Shown: positions 47,738 through 60,178, numbered from the stretch's first letter. The stretch: DNA of 64,000 bases from an uncultured Candidatus Saccharibacteria bacterium (GCA_964641545.1 CAZXLT010000001.1:20094-84093), one strand, 5' to 3'. Numbers and translations: made by a program. The notes: a model not told the origin generated them from the sequence alone.

Positions 47738-48598
47738 ATGAAAAAAGCATTAACGCTATCGATAATTATACCAGTTTATAACGAAGAGCGTCGCCTAAAA
47801 GCTTGCTTGGATGCAATCACTACGCAAACTGTCATGGCTAACGAAGTAATTGTGGTAGATAATAACTCGACAGATAAAAGTGTGGAGATTGCAAAGTCAT
47901 ATCCATTTGTTCGAATTGTGAAAGAAAAAAAACAAGGCTTTACATACGCCCGTAACGCCGGTTTTGAAGCAGCGAGCTGTGATATTTTGGCGAGAATTGA
48001 CGCCGACTCGGTCATGAACCCTACCTGGGTAGAATGTGTTATTCGCAATTTTTCATCGCGTGACATTGATGGGCTTACAGGTTTGGGCTACTCTGATTTC
48101 TTGCCTCGTATACATGGTCCAAAGACAGTACTACCAAGCTGGCTTTATTTCATGTGGTCTGTTGCTATTTTTCGCTTGCCGGTTTTATGGGGAGCCAACA
48201 TGGCAATTCGTAAATCAGCTTGGCGACGCATTGTTGGTAAGGTGCACATGGACAATAGTCTGGTTCATGAAGACCAAGATATTGCGCTGTGCATTTTGGA
48301 AGAAGGTGGCAGGCTCCACAGAGACAATAAATTGCGGATCACCATTGGTGGCCAAACATACCATTATCTACCAAAATTGTGGTACTACACTCGGCGGATG
48401 TATACCACGAAGCAGCTACATGCAAAGCGAGCTGCATTTCATAGGATTAAGCGCCCCTATTCTCGAACGTTGGTCTTTTTCTTATGGTTAGTGCCGGCGC
48501 CAATTTTGCTATGTATTTTTTTCGGAAGCAGTCTTGTAATGTTTCCACTGGATTTTGCCGTAAAAACTTTTGGCTGGTCAGACGCCTGGCTTGATTAG
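47738..48598 (+). CDS. Glycosyltransferase family 2
   Basis: IIPVYNEE, VDNNSTD, ARNAG, RIDAD, GANMAIR, HED. Confidence 0.9.
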   Translation: MKKALTLSIIIPVYNEERRLKACLDAITTQTVMANEVIVVDNNSTDKSVEIAKSYPFVRIVKEKKQGFTYARNAGFEAASCDILARIDADSVMNPTWVECVIRNFSSRDIDGLTGLGYSDFLPRIHGPKTVLPSWLYFMWSVAIFRLPVLWGANMAIRKSAWRRIVGKVHMDNSLVHEDQDIALCILEEGGRLHRDNKLRITIGGQTYHYLPKLWYYTRRMYTTKQLHAKRAAFHRIKRPYSRTLVFFLWLVPAPILLCIFFGSSLVMFPLDFAVKTFGWSDAWLD

Positions 48599-49164
48599 AT
48601 AGGTTGTGTTTGAGTTTGACCGTTCTGCTTGATTTCGATTTCACAACTTCCCCACAGCCCCGCGCTGGCAGCTTCCGCCTGTTGTTGGTACGTTTTAAAT
48701 TCTTCCTTTCGGCTCAATGGGAAAAACGTATTCGCAAACGCGTAGCCTTGTTTTAAAAGTTCAATATTGACCATGCGTCCATCGGGTAAAAACACATAGC
48801 GAAGTAGCCGATCATACCGGTCGCGGTTGGTGCTGTCAGGATCAGACTCTAGCCGCACCCGACTAGTGCCAATGAATTTTTTAGTGAAGTCAGAAGCCGC
48901 TTGGCCAAAACACTGTACGCTTTTTCGTGGGTCGTGTGTTTCGGGTGTGTCAATTCCGAGCATTCGCACTGTCTCTTCCGAACCATTCATATCAACGCGA
49001 ATAGTATCGCCATCAACAAACTCTGTGACAACGTAGAGCCCTGGTTGATTTTGCTGTGCTGACTGGATCAGCGGCTCAAAAGCAGAGCGTTGCTGATATG
49101 CCACCAACAGGCTGATCAGCCCAATTATGATGCTGATCAGCTTCTTTTTCGAGCGTTTTGTCAT
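48595..49164 (-). CDS. Thermonuclease (SNase) family protein
   Basis: VDGDT, VRMLGIDTPE, DRYDRLLRYV, GLW. Confidence 0.92.
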   Translation of the reverse strand: MTKRSKKKLISIIIGLISLLVAYQQRSAFEPLIQSAQQNQPGLYVVTEFVDGDTIRVDMNGSEETVRMLGIDTPETHDPRKSVQCFGQAASDFTKKFIGTSRVRLESDPDSTNRDRYDRLLRYVFLPDGRMVNIELLKQGYAFANTFFPLSRKEEFKTYQQQAEAASAGLWGSCEIEIKQNGQTQTQPI

Positions 49165-49682
49165 GTCTCTAAACCGAGCTTTTGAGCTATGTAGTCCTTG
49201 GTAACTTTTGTTCCGTCAACTTCTATGTATTCTTCATTGCTTCTTGGCGGCTCGAGATTATCGCTGATTCGTTCAAAATCTTCATGACTGAAGTTTCCTA
49301 ACACCCGAGTTGGCCGCAGGTGCGCATTTGTAGTAGCACGCTCCTTCGCGAGGTCACGGTGTGTGGTAACCCAGATTAATACACAGCGTGCATCAAAATC
49401 ATTAGCAATTTGACGCAGGTGCTCACGGTCTTTATAGAAGTTAAAGCCTGTGTCGAAAATTACATCCTGCCCTTGGTTTAGTAACTGCACAGTTTCCTCG
49501 TTTAGGATTCCATATAAATGCAAGTTTTCTGCATGTTCATAGGTTGGCTCGCCGTAGCGACGACGACGCTCTTGGTCTGCCCACAGGTGAACGGCGCCGG
49601 TAAGATCGGAAATTATTTTAGAAACAGTTGTTTTGCCTGCTCCCGGATATCCCAGCATGAGGTATAACGTCGGCTTAGCCAT
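49161..49682 (-). CDS. AAA_33-like P-loop kinase
   Basis: GYPGAGKTT, VIFDTGF, LEPP. Confidence 0.82.
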   Translation of the reverse strand: MAKPTLYLMLGYPGAGKTTVSKIISDLTGAVHLWADQERRRRYGEPTYEHAENLHLYGILNEETVQLLNQGQDVIFDTGFNFYKDREHLRQIANDFDARCVLIWVTTHRDLAKERATTNAHLRPTRVLGNFSHEDFERISDNLEPPRSNEEYIEVDGTKVTKDYIAQKLGLET

Positions 49683-49728
49683 ATTTATAGAGTACCGTGT
49701 ACCTTACAAAATGTATATTCCTGAGCTT

Positions 49729-51360
49729 TTATTTACGGCGTTTGTGTTTCCAACCGCCCCTAAGATTTTCGTTTGAAGCCTTGTGGCTTATATCAAGTAT
49801 GCCTAACACCGTTCGGCCCTCATCATCCCGGGAGAGTGTATAAAATATTCTTGTTTGTCGTGCCACATCGCCAACACTTAAATTAGTTCGCTTGTTAGTA
49901 TTGAGTCGCCAGACACTTGTACGTCGGTTGTTGACCGCGGCGCTCGTGATGCTTATCTGTATGTCGGTTGTTTTTTCTGCTCCATTGCCACGAGGCTCTT
50001 CAAGCAAGGACCGAAGCATTTTTAGTAGATCGGTTTGAATATCACTGTCAGAACGTTTACTTGCTAAATAATCGGCAACTGGTCGCAGAGCGAGCAGCTG
50101 TGTGTCTAATTGCGTTTCATCAAAATCTTCGCTGGTCATATCAATACCGCTACCCAGCATATGACCTTCTGGCGTTTTTGAGAGCGTAGCTATACGCCCA
50201 ACCGGTCGCGAATCGGTGTCGATTTCTGCTCCGAGCACAAAGTCCTCTGGTTTTGCCCGGCGTGCTGTAACGCGGCCTCCACGTGTTGCTCCGCCTTTTC
50301 GTCTTTTTCCTCCACTACGCTGGGTTGTCTGAGCTGGTCGACTCATTGTATCTAGATCCGTGTCGCGTATGTAAAAGTTTGAACTATCGCGAAGTGGTGT
50401 AAGCATCTCTAAATAGGCATCACGCGTTTCGGTTATTACGCGCCGATGATGTCCCAGAAATGCTTCTTGAAGGCTGGGCGGCCAGTGATCCCATGATTTG
50501 GCGCCTAACAGCGTACTTGGCGGTAGTGCGCCGTCGTCTACCTTAAGTACATCTCGCAAGAACTTGAACCACGTTTGGGCATCTTTGGGTATTGTTTCAA
50601 TGGCAGTTTTCTGTAACTCTTCATCATCGGAAAAGCAGTCATCGACAAGATGTAAAAATGCATTGAGGCTATATTGCGGCTCACCTTCTAATCGCTCAAG
50701 TGAAGCTTCTAAAATACTCTTTTCAAAAGGATCAAAATGATTCTTAGCTAGGTATTGCAGAAACGGACGCAATTCATCCGGGTCGCGGCTTGGATCTTTC
50801 AGCGTAGATAGCAGATCAACAAGTACGACTACGCCGTGGGTGTTGATGAGCCCAAGTGTTTGGTCTTGTAGCTGCTTCTCTAGCTGAACTTTTCTTCGTT
50901 CAGCACTAAACATATTCAGCCAGATTTGTGATGAAGCACGTAGAAACAAGTATCGTGAGCCTGTAGTTTCTGACGAGTCGAACGTGTGTTGTGCTATCTG
51001 TGCGGCAACATACTCTTCATCGTCTGCTTTTCCGCCTATTTCTAGCAACTGTGCATCATTTTTTGCCCCCATTAGGGTGTGCGCCATGTCTTGCCGTTGA
51101 CTTCGTATAAAGGCCTGATCAAACCTTCGTTCACCACGACTAGCATCAGCCATGTCTTCATAATCGGCATGCAGAAGTCCAAGTATAAAGTCATCTGAGA
51201 GTGCGCCGCGTGCAATTGAGCGAACAGTTCTGAGGGCAATTCCGTAATCTTGCACTAATGGATCTATGCTTGCCAAAAACTGTTCAGTAGGCGCAAGCGC
51301 TACTGGCTCCAATATATCAACACCACCGGGTATTTCGGCAGCCTCTCTAGGATCTGACAT
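49729..51360 (-). CDS. Hypothetical protein with possible C-terminal RelE-like domain
   Basis: 543-aa ORF; C-terminus WRL...RIFY...LGILDISHK. Confidence 0.6.
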   Translation of the reverse strand: MSDPREAAEIPGGVDILEPVALAPTEQFLASIDPLVQDYGIALRTVRSIARGALSDDFILGLLHADYEDMADASRGERRFDQAFIRSQRQDMAHTLMGAKNDAQLLEIGGKADDEEYVAAQIAQHTFDSSETTGSRYLFLRASSQIWLNMFSAERRKVQLEKQLQDQTLGLINTHGVVVLVDLLSTLKDPSRDPDELRPFLQYLAKNHFDPFEKSILEASLERLEGEPQYSLNAFLHLVDDCFSDDEELQKTAIETIPKDAQTWFKFLRDVLKVDDGALPPSTLLGAKSWDHWPPSLQEAFLGHHRRVITETRDAYLEMLTPLRDSSNFYIRDTDLDTMSRPAQTTQRSGGKRRKGGATRGGRVTARRAKPEDFVLGAEIDTDSRPVGRIATLSKTPEGHMLGSGIDMTSEDFDETQLDTQLLALRPVADYLASKRSDSDIQTDLLKMLRSLLEEPRGNGAEKTTDIQISITSAAVNNRRTSVWRLNTNKRTNLSVGDVARQTRIFYTLSRDDEGRTVLGILDISHKASNENLRGGWKHKRRK

Positions 51361-51440
51361 TCGGACATTTATACCACAAAATTCAACCTAAGTCCACAGG
51401 ATTAATTGAAATTTATCTTAAAAAGTTGTATAATAACAGC

Positions 51441-52130
51441 ATGGCCCGTAGCCCTTATGTGCAAACCGTTGACGGGGTCGAAGACCCGGTGCGTAGTTTT
51501 CTGGAACACCTTCCTGAAATGGCACACGAGACCGATCTTGCTCTTGATGATGCCTATTCGTACCGTGACTTTAATGTGTCGGGTGCTTTGTTCGCATGGG
51601 ACGCTGTAAGAAAAAAGGCGGCAATCTTTGTTCGGGCAAATACAAAACGGAGACGCGCAGCTAAGGTATGTGCCGAGCACAAGGTTATGGAGCTCAACGC
51701 ACAAACTGCATTCGATCAAATCATCGGTGTACTTGTTCGTGGAACGACCGATCAGGATAAAATTGAAGAGGTGAATCATATACGCGTTCCAACGCTTTGG
51801 CCATGTCCCGATGCTTGTGTGCCCGAAATTGATGGCAACAGCCGAACAACAGATGACACACTTATTGTTACGACTGGGTTTGGGCGTCGACAGGCAGACA
51901 AGATTTATCAAGCACATTTGTTTGGTGACCTGCGTAGTATGTACGTGGATGGTTCATGGCGCCAGGATGGTCAGCAAGCCCAATATGGTTTGGGCGAAGG
52001 AATCCCTGGGCGCCTGGCTCTGTTCGATGCCCTTGTTTTAGCCGAAGCAACGCGGGCAAGCGACCAACAAAGGAATCCCGCGGAGTTGGCCCGCATGGCA
52101 CTTATGACATCAATGCCCCACATTGCCTAG
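51441..52130 (+). CDS. Cytidine deaminase-like protein (divergent)
   Basis: AYSYRDFNVSGA, CAE zinc/catalytic motif, PCPDAC; TATAAT six nt before ATG 51441. Confidence 0.7.
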   Translation: MARSPYVQTVDGVEDPVRSFLEHLPEMAHETDLALDDAYSYRDFNVSGALFAWDAVRKKAAIFVRANTKRRRAAKVCAEHKVMELNAQTAFDQIIGVLVRGTTDQDKIEEVNHIRVPTLWPCPDACVPEIDGNSRTTDDTLIVTTGFGRRQADKIYQAHLFGDLRSMYVDGSWRQDGQQAQYGLGEGIPGRLALFDALVLAEATRASDQQRNPAELARMALMTSMPHIA

Positions 52131-52693
52131 TAGTCAATGCCGGGATTAGCTAAGAATTTGTCATCAAAATGGTGCTTGATCTTCGTCATGTCGGTGGCGA
52201 TGTCGACATATTTGAGTAAGTCTTTTGGAAAATCACGACCAGTAAGGCATAGACTTGTTTTCGGATGTTTGTCCACAAGCAATTTCTTAAGGTTTGATTT
52301 CGGGATGAGCCCGTCGTGAACTGCGTTATTGATTTCGTCACAAATAACTAGGTCGTAGTTGCCACTGGTAGCGCACTTGTAGGCTTCGTTGTACGTTTCA
52401 TCGGCTGCTGCTTTATGTTGCGCTTCACTAATATGTTGTTCGCTCAATTCACCGGCGTTATAAAACCCTTTACCGCCTTTGAAAAAGTGCAGTTGATCTT
52501 TATAAAGACCTTGGATGTCACGTATAAATATATGTTCGCCAACCCCCCAGTATTTAATAAATTGGATAAAGGCGACTTGCCATCTACTACCTAATGCGCG
52601 AGTCAACAAGCCCAGGCCAGCGCTGGTTTTACCCTTCCCCTCGCCGGTATAGACAATTACTACAGACTCTTTTGTCTGAAAATCCTCAAACAT
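52127..52693 (-). CDS. cobO: Cob(I)yrinic acid a,c-diamide adenosyltransferase (CobO/BtuR family)
   Basis: YTGEGKGKTSAGLG, QFIK, DEI, LTGR, KH, GIDY. Confidence 0.88.
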   Translation of the reverse strand: MFEDFQTKESVVIVYTGEGKGKTSAGLGLLTRALGSRWQVAFIQFIKYWGVGEHIFIRDIQGLYKDQLHFFKGGKGFYNAGELSEQHISEAQHKAAADETYNEAYKCATSGNYDLVICDEINNAVHDGLIPKSNLKKLLVDKHPKTSLCLTGRDFPKDLLKYVDIATDMTKIKHHFDDKFLANPGIDY

Positions 52694-52728
52694 CGTAGCT
52701 CTATTGTAGCAAGCAACTAATCGCTAAT

Positions 52729-52959
52729 TTAATCACGCAGTGCTAGATCAATTTTCGGTCGATCAAAGCCGACAACAACAGTGCCGTTGATATCAAGCAC
52801 TGGCGTCACAACCTGCCCGACCGATTCCATAACCCATTGGGCTGCTTTTGGGTTTTCGCTCACGTCAAGCTCTTTAAACGTTACGTTCTTGTGTTTCAGG
52901 TATTCTTTCGCCATGTGACAGTAGGCACATGTTGGCGAGCTATAAATGGTTACGCTCAT
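52729..52959 (-). CDS. Glutaredoxin family protein (NrdH/YruB-like)
   Basis: CAYC motif, TPV, VVGFD. Confidence 0.9.
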   Translation of the reverse strand: MSVTIYSSPTCAYCHMAKEYLKHKNVTFKELDVSENPKAAQWVMESVGQVVTPVLDINGTVVVGFDRPKIDLALRD

Positions 52960-53133
52960 ACTATGTAGTATACTAAGTTACAAGTAAAAGCCCAAGGCAT
53001 GGGCTCTCTTTTAAGGTTTCTCGTTAAAACTATTGCAAGCCCAGGACCTCCCCTGTTATAATTAGCAAGAAATGAGCCGCTCTTCCGCCGCCAATCAATT
53101 GACGACGAATGACTCCTGTGGAGTTGTATTGGA

Positions 53134-53985
53134 GTGTGCATGCTAAGCAAACTGTTTGCCAGCACCGATGGTCCGCACATTGCATTAAGCCCCGAAAAAA
53201 TTACCGAATTTGCTGGTTTTACTATAAGCAACTCAATTATTTATGGCGTAATTTGTGCATTTCTACTTGCAGTCATACTTTTGATTGCCCGCTTTCGTAT
53301 TCATCAAAAAGCAGCACGTGGCTTTACTCAGCTCGTGGAGATTTTAGTTGAGTTTATTATTGGTCTTGTTGAAGGACCGCTTGGCAGCCGAAAAAAGGCT
53401 ATTACATACGCGCCGATATTTGGTGTATTTTTCTTATTTATTATTTTCAGCAACTTAATGGGCCTGCTGCCTATTGTTGGTCCGGGAGTCTTTGCGCGAA
53501 CCGCCGAAGGCAATACCCCGCTCTTTCGTCCGTTTACAGCTGACCTCAACGGCACTATTGCCATGGCGGTTATTGCCATTATTACTATTCAGTACCTCTC
53601 AATTAAGGAGTCTGGTTTCTTGGGTCATCTCAAGCACTACTTTACAGATAAGCCATTTAACCCTATAAATATGTTTATCGGCATTCTTGAGGTATTCGGT
53701 GAGTTTACTCGAATGATCAGTCTGAGTCTTCGATTGTTTCTCAATACAGCCGTGGGAGAAATCCTTATTAGTGTCTTTGCGTATATTGGCAAAGATTTTC
53801 GTTCGTTTACTATTCTGCCAGTCGCCATGTTCGAAATGTTGGTGGCCGGTATTCAGGCGTACGTCTTTACAGTCCTCTGCGCTACGTACCTTGGCTTAGC
53901 AATAAGTCATGGTCATGACGATGAACATCCAGCCCAAGAAGTTGACCCTGTGGTCGCTGCTTTGGAGGGCGATGTTAGCCATTAA
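53134..53985 (+). CDS. atpB: ATP synthase F0 subunit a
   Basis: TADLN, SLSLRLFLN, QAYVF..L...Y. Confidence 0.95.
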   Translation: MCMLSKLFASTDGPHIALSPEKITEFAGFTISNSIIYGVICAFLLAVILLIARFRIHQKAARGFTQLVEILVEFIIGLVEGPLGSRKKAITYAPIFGVFFLFIIFSNLMGLLPIVGPGVFARTAEGNTPLFRPFTADLNGTIAMAVIAIITIQYLSIKESGFLGHLKHYFTDKPFNPINMFIGILEVFGEFTRMISLSLRLFLNTAVGEILISVFAYIGKDFRSFTILPVAMFEMLVAGIQAYVFTVLCATYLGLAISHGHDDEHPAQEVDPVVAALEGDVSH

Positions 53986-54055
53986 TCAAATATCCGTGCG
54001 CGGGCTTCGAATACTCGGGGTGCACACGGTAACAAGGTAAAAAAAGGAGTTATAA

Positions 54056-54322
54056 ATGGCACCAGTATTAACAAAATTTGCATCAGACGCAGCAGAAGTT
54101 GCTCAGCGCGGTGGTTGGAACCCAACTGCTAGCAAAGCCTTCATGCTTGGTCTTGCTTTTGCCGCAGCCGCTATCGGTCTCGGCATGGTTGGCGCAAACT
54201 ACATGAAAGCTTTGGGTCGCAACCCAGAAGCAGGTAAGGCAGCTGGTCAGATTGTGATCATCGCAGCTATGATCGAGGTTACTGCCCTCTTGGCCTTCCT
54301 CGGCGCGCTAATCGTAAAATAA
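54056..54322 (+). CDS. atpE: ATP synthase F0 subunit c
   Basis: GRNPEA loop, carboxylate in AMIEV; AAGGAG RBS. Confidence 0.95.
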   Translation: MAPVLTKFASDAAEVAQRGGWNPTASKAFMLGLAFAAAAIGLGMVGANYMKALGRNPEAGKAAGQIVIIAAMIEVTALLAFLGALIVK

Positions 54323-54341
54323 GAGGACACCAACAAAGATT

Positions 54342-54893
54342 ATGCTTGAGCTACTAACAACATTCACTACACTTGCCAACACTGCGACCGAAGAAAAAAC
54401 CGGCATCGCCGTGCTTGGCATCGACGTAAAAGTAATCCTGTTACAGGCAGGGACTTTCCTGCTGCTCTTCTTGGTGATCAAGAAGTTTGCACTTGAAGGT
54501 ATTGTTAGTACGCTCGAGCAGCGTCGTCAGACAATCGACAAGGGAGTTGAACTTGGCCTTGAAATGGAAAAGAAAAAAGCTGAGTTCGATGAAGAATTAA
54601 AGAAACTTCACGTTAAAGCTCGCGAGAGTGCCGATACGATCATCGCAACCGCAAACAAAGAAGCTAGCGATATTATTAAGGCTGGCGAAGCAAGTGCGAC
54701 TAAGAAGGTTGATCAGATGCTCAAAGACGCTGAAGGTCGAATCGAACGCGAGATGGGCAAGGCACGAACGCAACTAAAAGATGAAATGTTGAGCCTGGTA
54801 GCGGAAGCAACCGAAGTCATTATTGACGAAAAGTTGGATAGTAAAAAAGACGCTGGCCTTATTGGTCGCGCACTCGCAAAGGTACGTTCATGA
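54342..54893 (+). CDS. atpF: ATP synthase F0 subunit b
   Basis: N-terminal TM, LEQRRQTI, coiled coil; operon position. Confidence 0.93.
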   Translation: MLELLTTFTTLANTATEEKTGIAVLGIDVKVILLQAGTFLLLFLVIKKFALEGIVSTLEQRRQTIDKGVELGLEMEKKKAEFDEELKKLHVKARESADTIIATANKEASDIIKAGEASATKKVDQMLKDAEGRIEREMGKARTQLKDEMLSLVAEATEVIIDEKLDSKKDAGLIGRALAKVRS

Positions 54894-55273
54894 AAATTAG
54901 TAATAAAGATATCGCAAAAGCTGCATTATCCGAGATTAACGCCGGTAAGGCCTCATCAGACGTTGCAAAACGCGTTGCAGCTTATCTAGTCAATGAACGT
55001 CGCAGTAAAGATGCTGATAGCGTGGTTCGACAGATTGAGCGCTTACTAGGACAAGATGGTCAAGTAGAGCTGAATATTACCACTGCACGTGGTATAAGCG
55101 AAGAGCTGCTTACCAGTATCAAGAATGTTTTTGCGGAAGGCGCTAAAAAAGTAATAATCAATGAAAAACAAGATCCGAGTGTACTTGGCGGTGTGTTGGT
55201 TGAGTCGGGCGAACAGCGCCTCGATTTGACGGTACGCCGGCAAATACAACGGCTTAAAGGAGTAAGAGTCTAA
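54890..55273 (+). CDS. atpH: ATP synthase F1 subunit delta (short form)
   Basis: TTA, DPSVLGG, LDLTVR..I.RL; operon position. Confidence 0.88.
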   Translation: MKISNKDIAKAALSEINAGKASSDVAKRVAAYLVNERRSKDADSVVRQIERLLGQDGQVELNITTARGISEELLTSIKNVFAEGAKKVIINEKQDPSVLGGVLVESGEQRLDLTVRRQIQRLKGVRV

Positions 55274-56817
55274 TGGCAGACATTTCGGTCAAAGAACTAT
55301 CAGCAGATATTAAGAAAGCAATCGATGCACTAAAGGGTAGCGCTGACGTCGAGAACGTTGGCATTGTAACGCGCGTTGGGGACGGTGTAGCCTGGATTTA
55401 CGGTCTGACGAGCGCTGGCTACAGCGAAATGCTTGAGATTGAAGGCGAAAACGGTACGGTGCCTGCGTTTGCCTTAAACCTCATGGAAGATGAAATTGGT
55501 GCAGTACTTATGGGGCAAGACGTGCAGGTTAAGGCCGGTGCCCGTGTGAAATTAACCGGAAAAGTTCTCGAAGTGCCAGTTGGCCCAGAGCTTGTTGGTC
55601 GTGTAGTTGATCCTCTTGGTCGGCCGCTGGACGATAAGGGTCCGATTAAAACAAAGCAAAACGGTTTGATCGAGCGAATTGCACCTGGTGTATTGGATCG
55701 TAAAAGTGTGAACGAACCACTTATGACTGGGCTCGTATCGATTGATGCAATGGTGCCAATTGGACGTGGTCAGCGTGAACTTATTATCGGCGACCGCCAA
55801 ACCGGTAAGACTGCTATTGCTCTCGATACAATGATTAACCAGCATAAACAAAAAACAGGCGTTATTAATATTTATGTCGCAGTTGGTCAGAAGTTGAGTA
55901 AAGTTTCTCGCCTTATTGAACGACTAAAACGCGAGGGGGTAATGGATCAGACCATTGTGGTTGCCACTTCTGCTTCTGACCCTGCTTCATTGCAGTATCT
56001 CGCACCATACGCCGGGGCAGCCATGGGCGAATACTTCCGCGACAACGGAAAACACGCGCTTATTATCTACGATGACCTCACCAAGCACGCTGTTGCCTAC
56101 CGACAAATGTCACTGCTACTCCGTCGTCCACCAGGGCGTGAGGCTTACCCAGGTGATGTGTTCTACTTGCATAGTCGACTCTTAGAGCGTGCCGCAAAAA
56201 TGAGCGACAAAATGGGCGGCGGTAGCTTAACTGCCCTGCCGATTATCGAGACGCAGGCTGGTGATATTAGCGCCTACATTCCTACGAACGTCATTTCTAT
56301 TACTGACGGACAAATCTTTATGGAAACCAACTTGTTTTATCAGGGTATTCGCCCTGCTGTATCGGTTGGTCTTTCCGTATCACGCGTGGGTGGCGCTGCT
56401 CAGACTAAAGCGGTTAAGAGTGTTGCCGGAAGTCTCCGACTTGACCTTGCGCAGTTCCGAGAACTTGCGGCCTTTGCACAGTTCAGTACTGATCTTGACG
56501 CTGATACCAAGGCCAAAATTGAACGTGGTCAGCGCTTAACAGAACTGTTGAAGCAACCGCAATACAGCCCGCTTGGCGTATGGGAGCAAACTGCTTCGCT
56601 GATGGCGGCAACCGAAGGTGCCTTTGATGCTGTTCCGGTTAATAAGATTAAGGATGCTCAGGCTTCCCTGTTACACCAGCTTCACTCCGAGTATCGTAAG
56701 GATATGGAAGAGCTGAACAAGGGCGATAAGCCTACTGACAAGACTAAAGAAGCAATTCTGAAAGTTGCTAAGGACGTTGCCAGAAGTCATCATGAGAAAG
56801 TAGGAGTCAAGGAGTAA
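55273..56817 (+). CDS. atpA: ATP synthase F1 subunit alpha
   Basis: [32 protein letters not shown]. Confidence 0.98.
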   Translation: MADISVKELSADIKKAIDALKGSADVENVGIVTRVGDGVAWIYGLTSAGYSEMLEIEGENGTVPAFALNLMEDEIGAVLMGQDVQVKAGARVKLTGKVLEVPVGPELVGRVVDPLGRPLDDKGPIKTKQNGLIERIAPGVLDRKSVNEPLMTGLVSIDAMVPIGRGQRELIIGDRQTGKTAIALDTMINQHKQKTGVINIYVAVGQKLSKVSRLIERLKREGVMDQTIVVATSASDPASLQYLAPYAGAAMGEYFRDNGKHALIIYDDLTKHAVAYRQMSLLLRRPPGREAYPGDVFYLHSRLLERAAKMSDKMGGGSLTALPIIETQAGDISAYIPTNVISITDGQIFMETNLFYQGIRPAVSVGLSVSRVGGAAQTKAVKSVAGSLRLDLAQFRELAAFAQFSTDLDADTKAKIERGQRLTELLKQPQYSPLGVWEQTASLMAATEGAFDAVPVNKIKDAQASLLHQLHSEYRKDMEELNKGDKPTDKTKEAILKVAKDVARSHHEKVGVKE

Positions 56818-56820
56818 TCA

Positions 56821-57752
56821 GTGGCTAGTCAGCAGCAACTAAAACGAAGGATTGGCTCGGTGCGCAACACGCGCCAAATTACTAAAGCTATGGAGCTTGT
56901 CAGCGCCAGCAAGATGCGCAAAGCACAAGAGAACGCTTTAATGGGTCGCGACTACGCACGAATGTCAAAAGAGCTGCTTACCCGACTTCGCGAACTCACT
57001 GATGTGCGTAAGCATCCCTTGTTTGAACTACGTGCGCAACCAAAAGCTCGACTACACATACTGATAACCAGTGACCGTGGGCTCGCCGGTGCATATAATA
57101 GTAGTGTCCTTAAGGCTTTCGCGAGAGCGATTCAGGCAGATCGAGATAGTGGTACGGCATCGTATGCAATAACGATTGGACGACAAGGAAGTACTTTCGC
57201 CGGCAAACTTGAGCATGTTCAGATTCTTGGAGCGTATACTAACTTTCCTGAACATCCTACGGCCAATGATCTTGCACCAATTCTACGTACTGCAATCGAC
57301 TGCTTTTTGAAGGACGCACAGGCAAAGTCTGTATCAGAAGAAGACGAAGAGACTACCAACGTCCAAGAGCTTGAACTGCCGGCCGTTGATTACGTTGACA
57401 TAATTTACACCGACTACAAATCAAGCATTTTGCAAGAGGTCAATACAACACGTCTGCTACCTGCAGCATTTACTGATGTAGAAATTGAACCAGACCTAGA
57501 GAGAGCAGATTTTGAACCAACGCCCCAAGCGGTGCTCGATAATGTGGCCGAGCGATTGATTGAAGCAGAACTTTACCAAACCATTCTAGAAAGCCTTGCC
57601 AGCGAACAGAGTGCTCGGATGATGGCCATGAAAAACGCCAGCGACAACGCCAGTGATATTATTGAAGATCTAACCCTAGCCTTTAATACGGCTCGTCAAG
57701 CTGCGATTACACAGGAACTGGCAGAAATAACCGGTGGTGCGGAGGCGATAAA

Positions 57753-57756
<4 letters not shown>
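56821..57756 (+). CDS. atpG: ATP synthase F1 subunit gamma
   Basis: ITKAMELVSASK, SDRGLAG, RQAAITQELAEI. Confidence 0.97.
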
Positions 57757-59399
<1,643 letters not shown>

Positions 59400-59400
<1 letters not shown>

Positions 59401-59747
59401 TGCCTGGGAATCAATCTGACTATAAGGGCGATAGTGGTCTTCCGGGCAATGGCTTAAATATGGGTTATGGTTCTGCTGGCAATACTCCAGCGGGAGATCT
59501 GTCGGGGGGTCACGAGCACGGACAAAACGCCGCGCCTAGATATAGTTCGCCGTGGCTTCGAGACGGTCTTAACTCAAGATTGATTGGCGGTCTTATAGCG
59601 CGGGATGATGTTGACCCAGATACGGCAGAGCGCACAGCTGATTATGAGCTGGTCGTGGGGAGTGCTGTTTTACAACAGCTAATTGACGATGCGACGGCAC
59701 GACCACGAGCACCTTTAACAATTGATAGAACTTGCGAGGTTAAATGA
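59400..59747 (+). CDS. Orphan hypothetical protein inserted between atpD and atpC
   Basis: TAATG overlap with atpD, ATGA overlap with atpC; flanked by direct repeat GCGAGGTTAAAT. Confidence 0.6.
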
Positions 59748-60178
59748 TTCACTTTGAACTAGTAACACTAAGCGGTATTAAGTTTAAAGAGGATGCTTAT
59801 GAAGTAATTCTTCCGACTGCCGATGGTTACATCGCTGTATTTCCTGATCACATGCCGCTCGTTTCCTTAGCAAGTCCGGGCGTTATTACGGTACGTCGTA
59901 AAGCTGGTGACCCAGACAGCAAGCTCGAGCATTTTGCAGCAAATGGCGGTGTTATCGAAATCCGAGATAATAAAGTCAGAGTGTTGGTAGACGAGGCGGA
60001 CCGCGAAGACGAAATAAATGAACAAGAAGCACAAAAAGCTTACGAAACGGCGGTTGCTATGCAGCGCTCAGCTCAAGACCGAGTTAGCCTGGAGCACGCC
60101 CAAAGTCTCGTAGACCGTCAAGCATCACGGCTTCGTGTTGCCGAACTGCGCCGTCGCCGCAAAAGCTCATACAAGTAG
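59744..60178 (+). CDS. atpC: ATP synthase F1 subunit epsilon
   Basis: V.LPTADGYIAVFPDHMPL, GGVIEI...VRVLVDEA. Confidence 0.93.
   Translation: MIHFELVTLSGIKFKEDAYEVILPTADGYIAVFPDHMPLVSLASPGVITVRRKAGDPDSKLEHFAANGGVIEIRDNKVRVLVDEADREDEINEQEAQKAYETAVAMQRSAQDRVSLEHAQSLVDRQASRLRVAELRRRRKSSYK

Noticed and set aside
53990-54032. Hairpin containing TTCGAAT between atpB and atpE as a tRNA remnant
   Set aside because: No cloverleaf or acceptor end; more simply an mRNA stability or processing hairpin.
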